Assembly (NCBI GenBank): GCA_964016885.1
Contig: OZ024749.1
Coordinates: 38,874,001-38,938,000, forward strand
Source of the DNA: Eledone cirrhosa
Taxonomy: Eukaryota
DNA length: 64,000 nucleotides
Direction of reading: 5' to 3'
Part shown: piece after piece, positions 15,091 through 28,481 of the stretch
How the letters are laid out: each line of letters opens with the position of its first letter
How positions within the stretch are numbered: the first letter of the stretch is position 1
The notes under the pieces: generated by a model
What the model saw: only the letters and a program-made list of their open reading frames with translations
Told to the model about the DNA's origin: nothing
Database searches by the model: none
Translations under genes and position numbers: made by a program

Positions 15091-15436
15091 TATATATATA
15101 TATATATATGTGTGTATGTGTATGTATGTAAAAGGTAAACAGAAATAACAACACAATCGGTACAATATATGGCAGGTATATATTAGGTTAACGCTTGATA
15201 TAGCAGGAAGAGGGACTTAACGTTTTGGACGCCAGTCCTTCATCAGAAGAAAGAATATATATATATGTGTGTGTGTGGTGTTTGTTTGTATTTATGCATG
15301 TGGTGAGCATGTATGTGGATGTGAGCTGTGTGTCCACATTATATACATATAGAAAATACTGTCTCTCTCTCTCATATTTATATAGAAAGTACTTTTATAA
15401 TTTCCATGTTTGTTTAGAAGTATATATATATATATA

Positions 15437-15807
15437 TAGATAGATAAATATACACGGGTGTGTATGATTGTGTATAGAAGATTATATTAATAAAAGGAAT
15501 TCCAACTTTGTCTGATTTACTCGTTTTATTTACAATCCTTTAAAATTTATAATGGTATTAGAATGAAATAGTATGATAGAATATTAAATGTCAAGTGTTA
15601 ATTGAACCTGAAGATTGCGAAAGCATGAAAGTACTTGTTCAATTAACACTTGACATTTAATATTCTATCATACTATTTCATTATAATACCATTATAAATT
15701 TTAAAGGATTGTAAATAAAACGAGTAAATCAGACAAAGTTGGAATTCCTTTTATTAATATAATCTTCTATACACAATCATACACACCCGTGTATATTTAT
15801 CTATCTA
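15437..15807. repeat. ~171-bp near-perfect inverted repeat with a 29-nt loop
   Basis: Arms 15437-15607 and 15637-15807, one mismatch seen; flanked by (TA)n. Confidence 0.95.
15604..15640 (+). ncRNA. Minimal type I hammerhead ribozyme motif
   Basis: GAAC-CUGAAGA-UUGC GAAA GCAU-GAA-A GUAC U-U-GUUC: core boxes, stem II with GAAA tetraloop (U-U at its base), 1-bp stem III with palindromic GUAC, stem I GAAC/GUUC. Confidence 0.75.
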
Positions 15808-15894
15808 TCTCTCTCATATATATATATATATATTTAAACACTGTCAGCGATTAAAAAGTGATTGATGTTATAAGCGCTCTTTGTTTTCTTTTAC

Positions 15895-15924
<30 letters not shown>

Positions 15925-15925
<1 letters not shown>

Positions 15926-17070
15926 CTAGCGGCTTCCCGCCTACATTAGTGATCCCCTCTGGCTTCTCAACATTCTCTATTAGATATTTTGTTTAAGTCT
16001 CATTCATTCTCAGCCCCACATTCATCGACACAGTCTCCACCTCCTGCATCAAATCCTCTGCCTCCTTCACTGTATTTGTCACCAAAACTATGTCATCGGC
16101 AAATTCAGCATCTGAAGCCAATGTATCTCCCTGGAGCCAAGCCAATGTATCTCCCTGGAGCACTCCAGCCAGTATCTCAAAGAACTCTGTCATCCCATCA
16201 GGTGTAATGACTTGGGCTTTGGTGTTGGTGTAGAGCAGTGATATCTGGTCCACTATCTTCTTGGGGATTCCATAAGCCTGTAAGATCTTCATCAGGCAGT
16301 GACGGTCCACAGAATCAAAGGCCTACCTAAGTCAATGAAAACCATGACCGCAGGAAGGCACTTTGCTCTAGCTCCCTCTAATATCCTCCTCAGCATCAGG
16401 ATGTGACTGGTGGTTGATCTTTCCTCTCTGAAGCCGTTCTGGTTGTCCCTGAGCTTCTTCTCCATCTCAGGCTGGATCCTGTTAAGAATCATCCTGTTGA
16501 TTGGTTGAGGACTTCCTGTATTTGGGAGCAAAGATTGGGAATACGGAAGATGATGTGGCTGAGAGGAAGAGCAAAGCCTGTTCCGCGTGCCACAGCTTCA
16601 GATCGGTGTGGAAGTCGGACCTTCGTAAAGACCTGAAAATCCGCCTCTTCATTGCTGTAGTGAGGTCTGTGCTGCTGTACGGGTCTGAAACTTGGACACT
16701 GACCAAGAAACTCACACAGATGGTGGATGGGTGCTACACGAGAATGCTGAGGATGGCTCTGAACATTAATCAGTATACACTGAGGATGAAAAACTCAGAG
16801 CTGTATGGGAGCCTCCCAAAAGTCAGCTCAAAAGTGACACAAAGGAGACTGAGGTTAGCTGGACATGCTCACCGACATCCAAAGTTGACATTGCACTCAG
16901 TGTTCCTGTGGGAGCCCCTACATGGACACACTGGAAGAGGAAGACCAAGGTTAATGTATGTTGATGCCCTAAGGACATGTCAGAGATGCAGGACATGGCA
17001 GCGATAATGAGGGACAGAGACCGCTGGAGAGAACTCGTCCATGGATCTCGGGAATTTTACCCGCCCTAGA
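15925..17070. mobile_element. RTE-like LINE with inverted 5' part
   Basis: - strand 16500-15925 holds RT motifs (NQNGFR, GVLQGDTLA, FADD); + strand 16501-17070 holds YLG...LLYGSETW...GRGRPR. Confidence 0.9.
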
Positions 17071-19520
17071 TACATATATATGTCATCAGTGACATTTTTT
17101 ATTAATTTAAATTTAGTTGTCTCCCTCGCCCCTTTTTACCAGTATTAATATCTGCACGTTTATAATCCCCTCCTCTCCCCCACTATGGGTATACTTTAGT
17201 GAATGAGTACATCATTTATGTTAGTCCCCACTTCCAATCCACTATATATATATATATATATACTAACTGACTTAAGTTTCAAAAAACTAGTACAATGCAG
17301 TAAAAATATAAAACGGGCAAAGGATGACAAATAACACTTGTTTTACCCAGTATATTTCATGATATTTCAATATCATACTTACGTACAGACAGACATGAAG
17401 TTGTTATAACAATGAGGATGAAGAGATGGAGAGAGAGACCACTCCTCCTGCTGTTAATGATGATGATGATGATGATTGTGTGATGCTATGGCAGAAGATG
17501 CTTTATACCGAAATATAGTTTAAAAACACACTATCTCTTTATAATTCTTTTTCATCGACTTACGCCCTTACACACACACACACATACACTCACCTACCAC
17601 CCACACACATTCACATTGCTCCAGTCTGCTCAGCTGACAAAAAAAAAAAAAAAAAAAAGAGTACCAGCAATATCTGGGGGTTTAACTCTGTAACACTCTG
17701 GTGTCCCATTCAAGGGGAGTCTTGTATTCTCTATCACTTCATGTTAATAAAACCAGGATGAACTCTGGCCTGATGTGCCTCTAGGGTAAGGACACACATT
17801 AACTCTGCGAAGCTCTGATATAAACCCTGGCCTAATGTGCCGAATGTTTTTCTTAACTATTATTTATAGTGAGTGACTATTATTATGGTCATTTGTGTTA
17901 GGACAGACACATTTCAAACTTCTGTATTTTAATTTGACTTCCATCTTATTTTGGTGATTGTCACCTTGGTATCTATCTTGTATCTTGATAAACAATAAAA
18001 GACAAACTTTATTTTGGTTATTGATACCTTGATAAACAGCAAAAGACAAACTTTCTGCTAGATACCAAACCATTTTGTTTTGTTTATTTATAGATTAACA
18101 ACAGGTGTGTTTCTAGGTGTTTCTCTGTTGTTTGCCTTCTGTTGCTGTTGATAGTAATAATAGTTAGATAGCAAATTACTGTTTTATTAGCTCTTAGTGT
18201 GTATGTTAGTTTGTATTTACTGAATAGTTACCACTATATTTTGTATGTACTGGGTATCCATTACTACGTTAGTTTATATGTACTAAATATTTACCACTAT
18301 AAAGTTAATATTAGTGTGTATATACTGAATATCCATTGCCTTTAACCCTTTTACTATCATATTTCTAATGAAAAACAATACCTCTATATTTCAGTTAATT
18401 TTGAAAATTACTAACAATTTGGAAGGATTTAGTAACTTTATCGTTAAGTTGGTATTTAGAATATAACTTAATACAGTTTCTTAATAACATTTTCTTTTTT
18501 GCTTTTTGCATTTCTGTATCATTTAAGACCTCTTATGAGCACATCCATTGCCGATGAATAAATGTGAGAGAAAGTTGCCCTTATAAAATTTAAAAAAAGT
18601 TTCTTACATAAAATTATGTTGGAAGTTTTTTTTAGATAAATATAAACACTTTAAAATAAGCACCATTGTGTTGTAGAACAAGGAGTTGTTTTGGGTGGTT
18701 TGCAATCAAAATGATTAGATAAATATACAATTTTTTGTGGTGTTCACCTTGACCAACCAGACTGTCAGATATCACTTTGAATCCACTGGTCACAGCATTT
18801 CATCCATTCTGTTCTTCATCTTACTTACGGTCCAATTATTCTCGTTATATCATTGAAGCATTAGAGTGGAGGCCTTCCAAATGGTCGTTTCTGCTCGCAT
18901 GTCTACCACTTGATAACTGCACTGGTCGGTGAATTTTATCGGTGAATTTTTTTTTTCCTTTTTGTCCCTTTTAGAAGAAATTTTGACAGAAAACTCACAT
19001 ATATTCGAACAGTTTATATATGAATGAAGGCATAGAATTCTGTTAGTTCTCAGCCATGTCTGTTTATTAATGCCATGTGCCCAAAACGTCTAATATTTTT
19101 TTAGAAACAATTATTATAACATAATATTGGTAATATCAGTTCAAAAGTTTGGTCATTGACTGTAAGATTAAACTTCTAATAACTTTAAGATAAAAACTTA
19201 TGTCTGTTTATCACATTTGTATATATGATCTTATAAACTACAAAGTTTTTACTTATATGTTATTTATTTTTTTTTATCTTCTTTCAGATATCATTTAAGT
19301 TATGCTGAATTATTTTGAAAATTTCACATGATGTCTTGTGTCCGATTAAATTGCCACTCCGAACATGATGGTCATCCAAGTTGAACTGTATTGATACCAG
19401 CTGGAAAAGTTGGTCAGGTAGTGGGGAGCATGCTCTTTGAGTTTTGGGACAGGATTCTACAGCCCTCTATAGGTGTGGTTTCTGTCTACCAACACCACAG
19501 CTGCCATCTATCATCGGGCC

Positions 19521-19646
19521 ATGGACAGTTGGGTACCTAACCCTAATGCTAAACCATTTATACCTCGGAAACGGATGGTTCGGAATGCTTCTGGCTTCCA
19601 TGTACGGACATATTCGAAAAAGAAAATATTGGCTAAAATTTTTCAG
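19521..19646 (+). CDS. POMGNT1: POMGNT1 coding exon 1 (cytoplasmic N-terminus)
   Basis: MDSWVPNPNAKPFIPRKR...KILAKIFQ resembles the vertebrate POMGNT1 start (MDDWKPSPLIKPF); GCCATGG Kozak context; donor CAG|GTAAGT; 126 nt, phase 0. Confidence 0.9.
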
Positions 19647-19820
19647 GTAAGTTGAATGTTTTGCCTTTTTTTAAAAATATATTTTAATCTTTCACAAATT
19701 AAACCATTTCTGTTTGGCCTTTAGGTTTTATTTCCTAAATACACAATAGATATGTATATACATACATACATGCACACCACACATATTTATATACACACCA
19801 CACATACATACACTATATAT

Positions 19821-20400
19821 ATAAAGGTTGGCTGAAATGTTTATAGGCTGACCATAATACTATCATGGAATGTAACCAAACGAGGTTTATTTCAACATAG
19901 TCTCCCTTGCAGTCCACACACTTTTCCCATCAGTGTTGCAGTACTTGGATCCCATTGGTGAAGCTTTCATCCTGTTGGTAAAAAAAGCCATCAACAGCAG
20001 ACATGACATCATCATCACTGCAATACTGGTTCCCAACCAAAAGTTTTTCCATGTTGGAGAACAGATGATAGTCAGATTTGTCCAAATCAGGAGAATAGGG
20101 AGGGTGATCAACCAGTTCAAAGCTACAGTCATGCACAGCAGCCATTGAAACCAAGGGTTTGTATGCTGGAGCATTGTCCTGATGAAATAAGACCCCTTTC
20201 ATCAGTTTTCCTGGGCGTTTGATCTTGATAGCCTTTTGTAACTGCCTCAGCAAGCTGTCATAGTACTCTCCATTGATGGTGTAGCCATTTTGAAGATAGT
20301 CAATAAACACAATGCCTTTTACATCCCGAAAAACTGAGGCAATCACCTTCCCTGCAGATAAAATGGCCTTCTTTGTAGCAGATGAGGAGGGGTATTCCAT
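19821..20400 (-). mobile_element. Mariner (DD34D) transposase 3' relic in intron 1
   Basis: SAGKV.ASVF.D..G, FHQDNAP, HPPYSPDL..SDYHLF motifs; terminus next to TA. Confidence 0.9.
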
Positions 20401-20863
20401 TCCATAGATATACGTGATCACTTGCAGGCTTAATCCACTCCAAAATAATAACTCAGTTGTATGAGAACAACATATAATACAGGGAAAATCTATATTGCCA
20501 ATACAAGAAAGAAAAAAAAGAGCAGTATTTATTATAGCTTCGAAGCAAAAAGTTTTCATCTGATTGGTCAAGAATCATGTCGAATGTTCCACACATTTTG
20601 AGGTGAACCCATTTGATATTTGGTGTTTAAAATGAACCTTCCTAACAGTTGTAAAGTTCATTGTTTTTTTGACAAAAGATGTCTTTTAACTTTTGTGTTA
20701 TATTTTTATTTATTGTGTATATTTGATTAGGTTTTCTTGCGAGATTAACTTTGCTGTACATTTTAAACTGATTTCAATAGAAACTAAAGTATATTATTGA
20801 TTACCAATAAAAGGTGACCGATCAATAGTTTGTGTTTATGTGCGTATGTGTTTTTTTTTACAG

Positions 20864-20960
20864 GTGAGCCTGGGAATAGTTCTCATCATCACTGTCATCA
20901 TCAACATCACCTTCCTGATTGATACAGGTAAAAAACAACAGGATAATTATGCCAAGTTGT
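20864..20960 (+). CDS. POMGNT1: POMGNT1 exon 2 (type II transmembrane helix)
   Basis: VSLGIVLIITVIINITFLIDT hydrophobic segment; T-tract+CAG acceptor, GTAAGT donor; 97 nt, phase 1. Confidence 0.9.
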
Positions 20961-21878
20961 GTAAGTTCTCATTTTCCCATCATCCTTCCCCTCTTTCCTC
21001 TCACTCTTTCTCACCTATATCTCATCTCTCTCTGCCTACTCTCTCTCATTTCTCTCTCTCTTTCCACTCTCATCTCTCTCTGTCCACTCTCTCATCTCTC
21101 TCTCTCTCTCTCCCCTCTCTCTCCCCCACTCTCTTTCATCTCTGTCTGTCTGATAAAGATATATTAAAGGTGTACCTCTACAGGTAGGGAATTATTAAAG
21201 ATGTACCTCTACAGGTAGGAAGTTATTAAAGGTATATTTCATTTACCATCCCTATCTCTCCAACCCTTATAATTAATCCCTCCAGCTCTGGTGTCACACT
21301 AACAGACTTATTAGAGTACCAGATTAAATATTTTTCAATATTTATTCCTGCTCTCAGCTCAAATTAGCCCTTTATCCATTCAAGGGCCAATAAAGTAAAG
21401 TACCTGTCCAAAGTGCTGTGGGTTGGCTGAATTGTTAGAATATCAGATGAGATATTTTGAGGTGCGTTTTGTTCTGGTTCTTTATGTTCTGAGAAGTTAA
21501 ACAGCATAAAAATGGTATGGGGCTACAGTGAGAGGGACTATGCCCCTAAGAGAAAATATGTTGTCTTTATTGATTTTAATTTCTCATTGTATTTTCTGAT
21601 GAAGGACTAGCGCCCAAAACGTTAAGACTCTTTTTCTAGTATTTCAAGCACAAAGCTAAAAATATATTTCTTCATTGTACTGTGTTGTTTGTTTGTTATT
21701 TCTGTTTGCCTTTTGTATGTATATATATATATATATACACACACACATGCATGTATGTACAAGTAGTTTCTATTGTTACCAACGTCCCATGGTGTATTGG
21801 GATTAAATATTAGAAGATTATTATAGAATCAGTCATAAAAAATTAAATTTTTCAACTTACTCTGTTGAAAGTTCAGTT

Positions 21879-21920
<42 letters not shown>

Positions 21921-22412
21921 GCATTGAAGGCATGTTAATTAAATTAATGAATTCTCAATACACATCAAAGCTGGATGTTCCAATTGTTGGGGAAATTTGA
22001 GGAATATTTAAATTGGTTTAATAATAATATTAAATATTAGGTAGGGAAATATTACACCTTTGTTATTATGGAGAAATTTATAGAATATATTTATGAATAA
22101 TATATTATTGATTGTTTGTTGTTTGTGTGTTGTTTGTGTTGTATACGTTTACATAGTTGATATTGAGGCACAACTGAATGGTTAAGATGTTAGCTTCACT
22201 ACACACATCAACATAGACATACACACATCAACACAGACATGTACATCAACACTCATCAACACAGACATACACACATCAACACACAGACACATCAAGATGT
22301 GGTTCTCCAACCAGTCTAGTCACAGACTATGACAACCCATCTAACTGATTGCAACATGGAAAACAGATGTAAAACAATAAAGACATCATCAAAGTTTTAA
22401 TGTTCACATATG

Positions 22413-22800
22413 TGAAGGTGCATGGCTTAGTGGTTAGAGCATTGGCCTTGCAATCGAAAGGTTGTTAGTTCAATGCTCGGACCGGGTGAGGTGTTGTTTC
22501 CTTGAGCAAGACACTTTATTTCACATTGCTCCAGTTTACTCAACTGTAGAAATGAGATGATAGGGACTGGGGTCCCTATCATTCCACTGTAAAGTGGATG
22601 TGGAGGTGCCACGGAAAAAAAGCACCCAGCACTCACTGTAAATGAGGTTGGTATTAGGAAGGGCATCCAGCTGTAGAAATCAAACCAGAATCAGTTCCTG
22701 TATGAGCAAGGCATGGTCAGCTGACTGGACACTGCCCACAACAGGACAACCCGCCTAACCCATGCTAGCGTGGAAGAACGGACGTAAAACGGTGATGATA
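22413..22800 (+). mobile_element. tRNA-derived composite SINE (family 2, full length)
   Basis: Head TGGCTTAGTGGTTAGAGC; tail CCATGCTAGCGTGGAAGAACGGACGTAAAACGGTGATG; partial copies at 30905-31180, 33628-33900, 56290-56490. Confidence 0.85.
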
Positions 22801-22953
22801 GGTAGGATGGGTTAGTTTGAGACAATGTTTTATAGCCAGATATATATATATATATATATATAGAAGTGGCTTCTACAGGTCTATAACTGTTTCATTCGAA
22901 AGAAATTATCATGATGATTTCTTTCAAATAATATATAGTCATGGGATATGTTA

Positions 22954-25900
22954 TGAAATATATACATATACACCAGGTCTGAACACAAAGGAACCAAACT
23001 CCAGTTGCCCCTGCCTCCATCTCTCCCACTCTCCTCATCTCTCACTATTGTGCTAGTGTGTATCTGTGAAATATATACATATACACCAGGTCTGAACACA
23101 AAGGAACCAAACTCCAGTTGCCTCTGCCTCCATCTCTCCCACTCTCCTCATCTCTCACTATGGTGCTAGTGTGTATCTGTGAAATATATACATATACACC
23201 AGGTCTGAACACAAAGGAACCAAACTCCAGTTGCCCCTGCCTCCATCTCTCCCACTCTCCTCATCTCTCACTATTGTGCTAGTGTGTATCTGTGAAATAT
23301 ATACATATACACCAGGTCTGAACACAAAGGAACCAAACTCCAGTTGCCTCTGCCTCCATCTCTCCCACTCTCCTCATCTCTCACTATGGTGCTAGTGTGT
23401 ATCTGTGAAATATATACATATACACCAGGTCTGAACACAAAGGAACCAAACTCCAGTTGCCCCTGCCTCCATCTCTCCCACTCTCCTCATCTCTCACTAT
23501 GGTGCTAGTGTGTATCTGTGAAATATATACATATACACCAGGTCTGAACACAAAGGAACCAAACTCCAGTTGCCCCTGCCTCCATCTCTCCCACTCTCCT
23601 CATCTCTCACTATGGTGCTAGTGTGTATCTGTGAAATATATACATATACACCAGGTCTGAACACAAAGGAACCAAACTCCAGTTGCCCCTGCCTCCATCT
23701 CTCCCACTCTCCTCATCTCTCACTATGGTGCTAGTGTGTATCTGTGAAATATATACATATACACCAGGTCTGAACACAAAGGAACCAAACTCCAGTTGCC
23801 CCTGCCTCCATCTCTCCCACTCTCCTCATCTCTCACTATGGTGCTAGTGTGTATCTGTGAAATATATACATATACACCAGGTCTGAACACAAAGGAACCA
23901 AACTCCAGTTGCCCCTGCCTCCATCTCTCCCACTCTCCTCATCTCTCACTATGGTGCTAGTGTGTATCTGTGAAATATATACATATACACCAGGTCTGAA
24001 CACAAAGGAACCAAACTCCAGTTGCCCCTGCCTCCATCTCTCCCACTCTCCTCATCTCTCACTATGGTGCTAGTGTGTATCTGTGAAATATATACATATA
24101 CACCAGGTCTGAACACAAAGGAACCAAACTCCAGTTGCCCCTGCCTCCATCTCTCCCACTCTCCTCATCTCTCACTATTGTGCTAGTGTGTATCTGTGAA
24201 ATATATACATATACACCAGGTCTGAACACAAAGGAACCAAACTCCAGTTGCCCCTGCCTCCATCTCTCCCACTCTCCTCATCTCTCACTATGGTGCTAGT
24301 GTGTATCTGTGAAATATATACATATACACCAGGTCTGAACACAAAGGAACCAAACTCCAGTTGCCTCTGCCTCCATCTCTCCCACTCTCCTCATCTCTCA
24401 CTATGGTGCTAGTGTGTATCTGTGAAATATATACATATACACCAGGTCTGAACACAAAGGAACCAAACTCCAGTTGCCCCTGCCTCCATCTCTCCCACTC
24501 TCCTCATCTCTCACTATGGTGCTAGTGTGTATCTGTGAAATATATACATATACACCAGGTCTGAACACAAAGGAACCAAACTCCAGTTGCCTCTGCCTCC
24601 ATCTCTCCCACTCTCCTCATCTCTCACTATGGTGCTAGTGTGTATCTGTGAAATATATACATATACACCAGGTCTGAACACAAAGGAACCAAACTCCAGT
24701 TGCCCCTGCCTCCATCTCTCCCACTCTCCTCATCTCTCACTATGGTGCTAGTGTGTATCTGTGAAATATATACATATACACCAGGTCTGAACACAAAGGA
24801 ACCAAACTCCAGTTGCCTCTGCCTCCATCTCTCCCACTCTCCTCATCTCTCACTATGGTGCTAGTGTGTATCTGTGAAATATATACATATACACCAGGTC
24901 TGAACACAAAGGAACCAAACTCCAGTTGCCCCTGCCTCCATCTCTCCCACTCTCCTCATCTCTCACTATGGTGCTAGTGTGTATCTGTGAAATATATACA
25001 TATACACCAGGTCTGAACACAAAGGAACCAAACTCCAGTTGCCTCTGCCTCCATCTCTCCCACTCTCCTCATCTCTCACTATGGTGCTAGTGTGTATCTG
25101 TGAAATATATACATATACACCAGGTCTGAACACAAAGGAACCAAACTCCAGTTGCCCCTGCCTCCATCTCTCCCACTCTCCTCATCTCTCACTATGGTGC
25201 TAGTGTGTATCTGTGAAATATATACATATACACCAGGTCTGAACACAAAGGAACCAAACTCCAGTTGCCTCTGCCTCCATCTCTCCCACTCTCCTCATCT
25301 CTCACTATGGTGCTAGTGTGTATCTGTGAAATATATACATATACACCAGGTCTGAACACAAAGGAACCAAACTCCAGTTGCCCCTGCCTCCATCTCTCCC
25401 ACTCTCCTCATCTCTCACTATTGTGCTAGTGTGTATCTGTGAAATATATACATATACACCAGGTCTGAACACAAAGGAACCAAACTCCAGTTGCCCCTGC
25501 CTCCATCTCTCCCACTCTCCTCATCTCTCACTATGGTGCTAGTGTGTATCTGTGAAATATATACATATACACCAGGTCTGAACACAAAGGAACCAAACTC
25601 CAGTTGCCTCTGCCTCCATCTCTCCCACTCTCCTCATCTCTCACTATGGTGCTAGTGTGTATCTGTGAAATATATACATATACACCAGGTCTGAACACAA
25701 AGGAACCAAACTCCAGTTGCCTCTGCCTCCATCTCTCCCACTCTCCTCATCTCTCACTATGGTGCTAGTGTGTATCTGTGAAATATATACATATACACCA
25801 GGTCTGAACACAAAGGAACCAAACTCCAGTTGCCTCTGCCTCCATCTCTCCCACTCTCCTCATCTCTCACTATGGTGCTAGTGTGTATCTGTGAAATATA

Positions 25901-28329
25901 TACATATACACCAGGTCTGAACACAAAGGAACCAAACTCCAGTTGCCCCTGCCTCCATCTCTCCCACTCTCCTCATCTCTCACTATGGTGCTAGTGTGTA
26001 TCTGTGAAATATATACATATACACCAGGTCTGAACACAAAGGAACCAAACTCCAGTTGCCCCTGCCTCCATCTCTCCCACTCTCCTCATCTCTCACTATG
26101 GTGCTAGTGTGTATCTGTGAAATATATACATATACACCAGGTCTGAACACAAAGGAACCAAACTCCAGTTGCCTCTGCCTCCATCTCTCCCACTCTCCTC
26201 ATCTCTCACTATGGTGCTAGTGTGTATCTGTGAAATATATACATATACACCAGGTCTGAACACAAAGGAACCAAACTCCAGTTGCCCCTGCCTCCATCTC
26301 TCCCACTCTCCTCATCTCTCACTATGGTGCTAGTGTGTATCTGTGAAATATATACATATACACCAGGTCTGAACACAAAGGAACCAAACTCCAGTTGCCC
26401 CTGCCTCCATCTCTCCCACTCTCCTCATCTCTCACTATTGTGCTAGTGTGTATCTGTGAAATATATACATATACACCAGGTCTGAACACAAAGGAACCAA
26501 ACTCCAGTTGCCCCTGCCTCCATCTCTCCCACTCTCCTCATCTCTCACTATGGTGCTAGTGTGTATCTGTGAAATATATACATATACACCAGGTCTGAAC
26601 ACAAAGGAACCAAACTCCAGTTGCCCCTGCCTCCATCTCTCCCACTCTCCTCATCTCTCACTATTGTGCTAGTGTGTATCTGTGAAATATATACATATAC
26701 ACCAGGTCTGAACACAAAGGAACCAAACTCCAGTTGCCCCTGCCTCCATCTCTCCCACTCTCCTCATCTCTCACTATGGTGCTAGTGTGTATCTGTGAAA
26801 TATATACATATACACCAGGTCTGAACACAAAGGAACCAAACTCCAGTTGCCCCTGCCTCCATCTCTCCCACTCTCCTCATCTCTCACTATTGTGCTAGTG
26901 TGTATCTGTGAAATATATACATATACACCAGGTCTGAACACAAAGGAACCAAACTCCAGTTGCCGCTGCCTCCATCTCTCCCACTCTCCTCATCTCTCAC
27001 TATGGTGCTAGTGTGTATCTGTGAAATATATACATATACACCAGGTCCGAACACAAAGGAACCAAACTCCAGTTGCCTCTGCCTCCATCTCTCCCACTCT
27101 CCTCATCTCTCACTATGGTGCTAGTGTGTATCTGTGAAATATATACATATACACCAGGTCTGAACACAAAGGAACCAAACTCCAGTTGCCCCTGCCTCCA
27201 TCTCTCCCACTCTCCTCATCTCTCACTATGGTGCTAGTGTGTATCTGTGAAATATATACATATACACCAGGTCTGAACACAAAGGAACCAAACTCCAGTT
27301 GCCCCTGCCTCCATCTCTCCCACTCTCCTCATCTCTCACTATGGTGCTAGTGTGTATCTGTGAAATATATACATATACACCAGGTCTGAACACAAAGGAA
27401 CCAAACTCCAGTTGCCCCTGCCTCCATCTCTCCCACTCTCCTCATCTCTCACTATGGTGCTAGTGTGTATCTGTGAAATATATACATATACACCAGGTCC
27501 GAACACAAAGGAACCAAACTCCAGTTGCCTCTGCCTCCATCTCTCCCACTCTCCTCATCTCTCACTATGGTGCTAGTGTGTATCTGTGAAATATATACAT
27601 ATACACCAGGTCTGAACACAAAGGAACCAAACTCCAGTTGCCCCTGCCTCCATCTCTCCCACTCTCCTCATCTCTCACTATGGTGCTAGTGTGTATCTGT
27701 GAAATATATACATATACACCAGGTCTGAACACAAAGGAACCAAACTCCAGTTGCCCCTGCCTCCATCTCTCCCACTCTCCTCATCTCTCACTATGGTGCT
27801 AGTGTGTATCTGTGAAATATATACATATACACCAGGTCCGAACACAAAGGAACCAAACTCCAGTTGCCCCTGCCTCCATCTCTCCCACTCTCCTCATCTC
27901 TCACTATGGTGCTAGTGTGTATCTGTGAAATATATACATATACACCAGGTCCGAACACAAAGGAACCAAACTCCAGTTGCCCCTGCCTCCATCTCTCCCA
28001 CTCTCCTCATCTCTCACTATGGTGCTAGTGTGTATCTGTGAAATATATACATATACACCAGGTCCGAACACAAAGGAACCAAACTCCAGTTGCCCCTGCC
28101 TCCATCTCTCCCACTCTCCTCATCTCTCACTATGGTGCTAGTGTGTATCTGTGAAATATATACATATACACCAGGTCCGAACACAAAGGAACCAAACTCC
28201 AGTTGCCTCTGCCTCCATCTCTCCCACTCTCCTCATCTCTCACTATGGTGCTAGTGTGTATCTGTGAAATATATACATATACACCAGGTCCGAACACAAA
28301 GGAACCAAACTCCCACTGTCGCTGCCTCA
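22954..28329. repeat. 113-bp tandem satellite, about 47.5 copies, in POMGNT1 intron 2
   Basis: CACCAGGTC recurs from 22971 to 28282 (exactly 47 x 113 bp); near-identical units. Confidence 0.97.
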
Positions 28330-28481
28330 ATTGACATGTTATGATATTCGGACATGTTATGATATTATATTTTCATGGGATACATTATGATATATATTCA
28401 TGGGATATGTTAAAATTGATATTATATTTTATATTTGTGCCATGTTGTTGTTTAAGCTGACTATGTTCTGTTTTGTTGCAG

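Noticed and set aside
600-19287. Additional host exons upstream of POMGNT1
   Set aside because: No convincing coding exon found; non-coding 5' exons cannot be located by eye
22415-22490. tRNA gene
   Set aside because: A/B boxes run into a SINE body that is repeated elsewhere; it is a SINE head
22954-28329. CRISPR-like regular array
   Set aside because: Units are identical end to end with no unique spacers; eukaryotic intron; no cas genes
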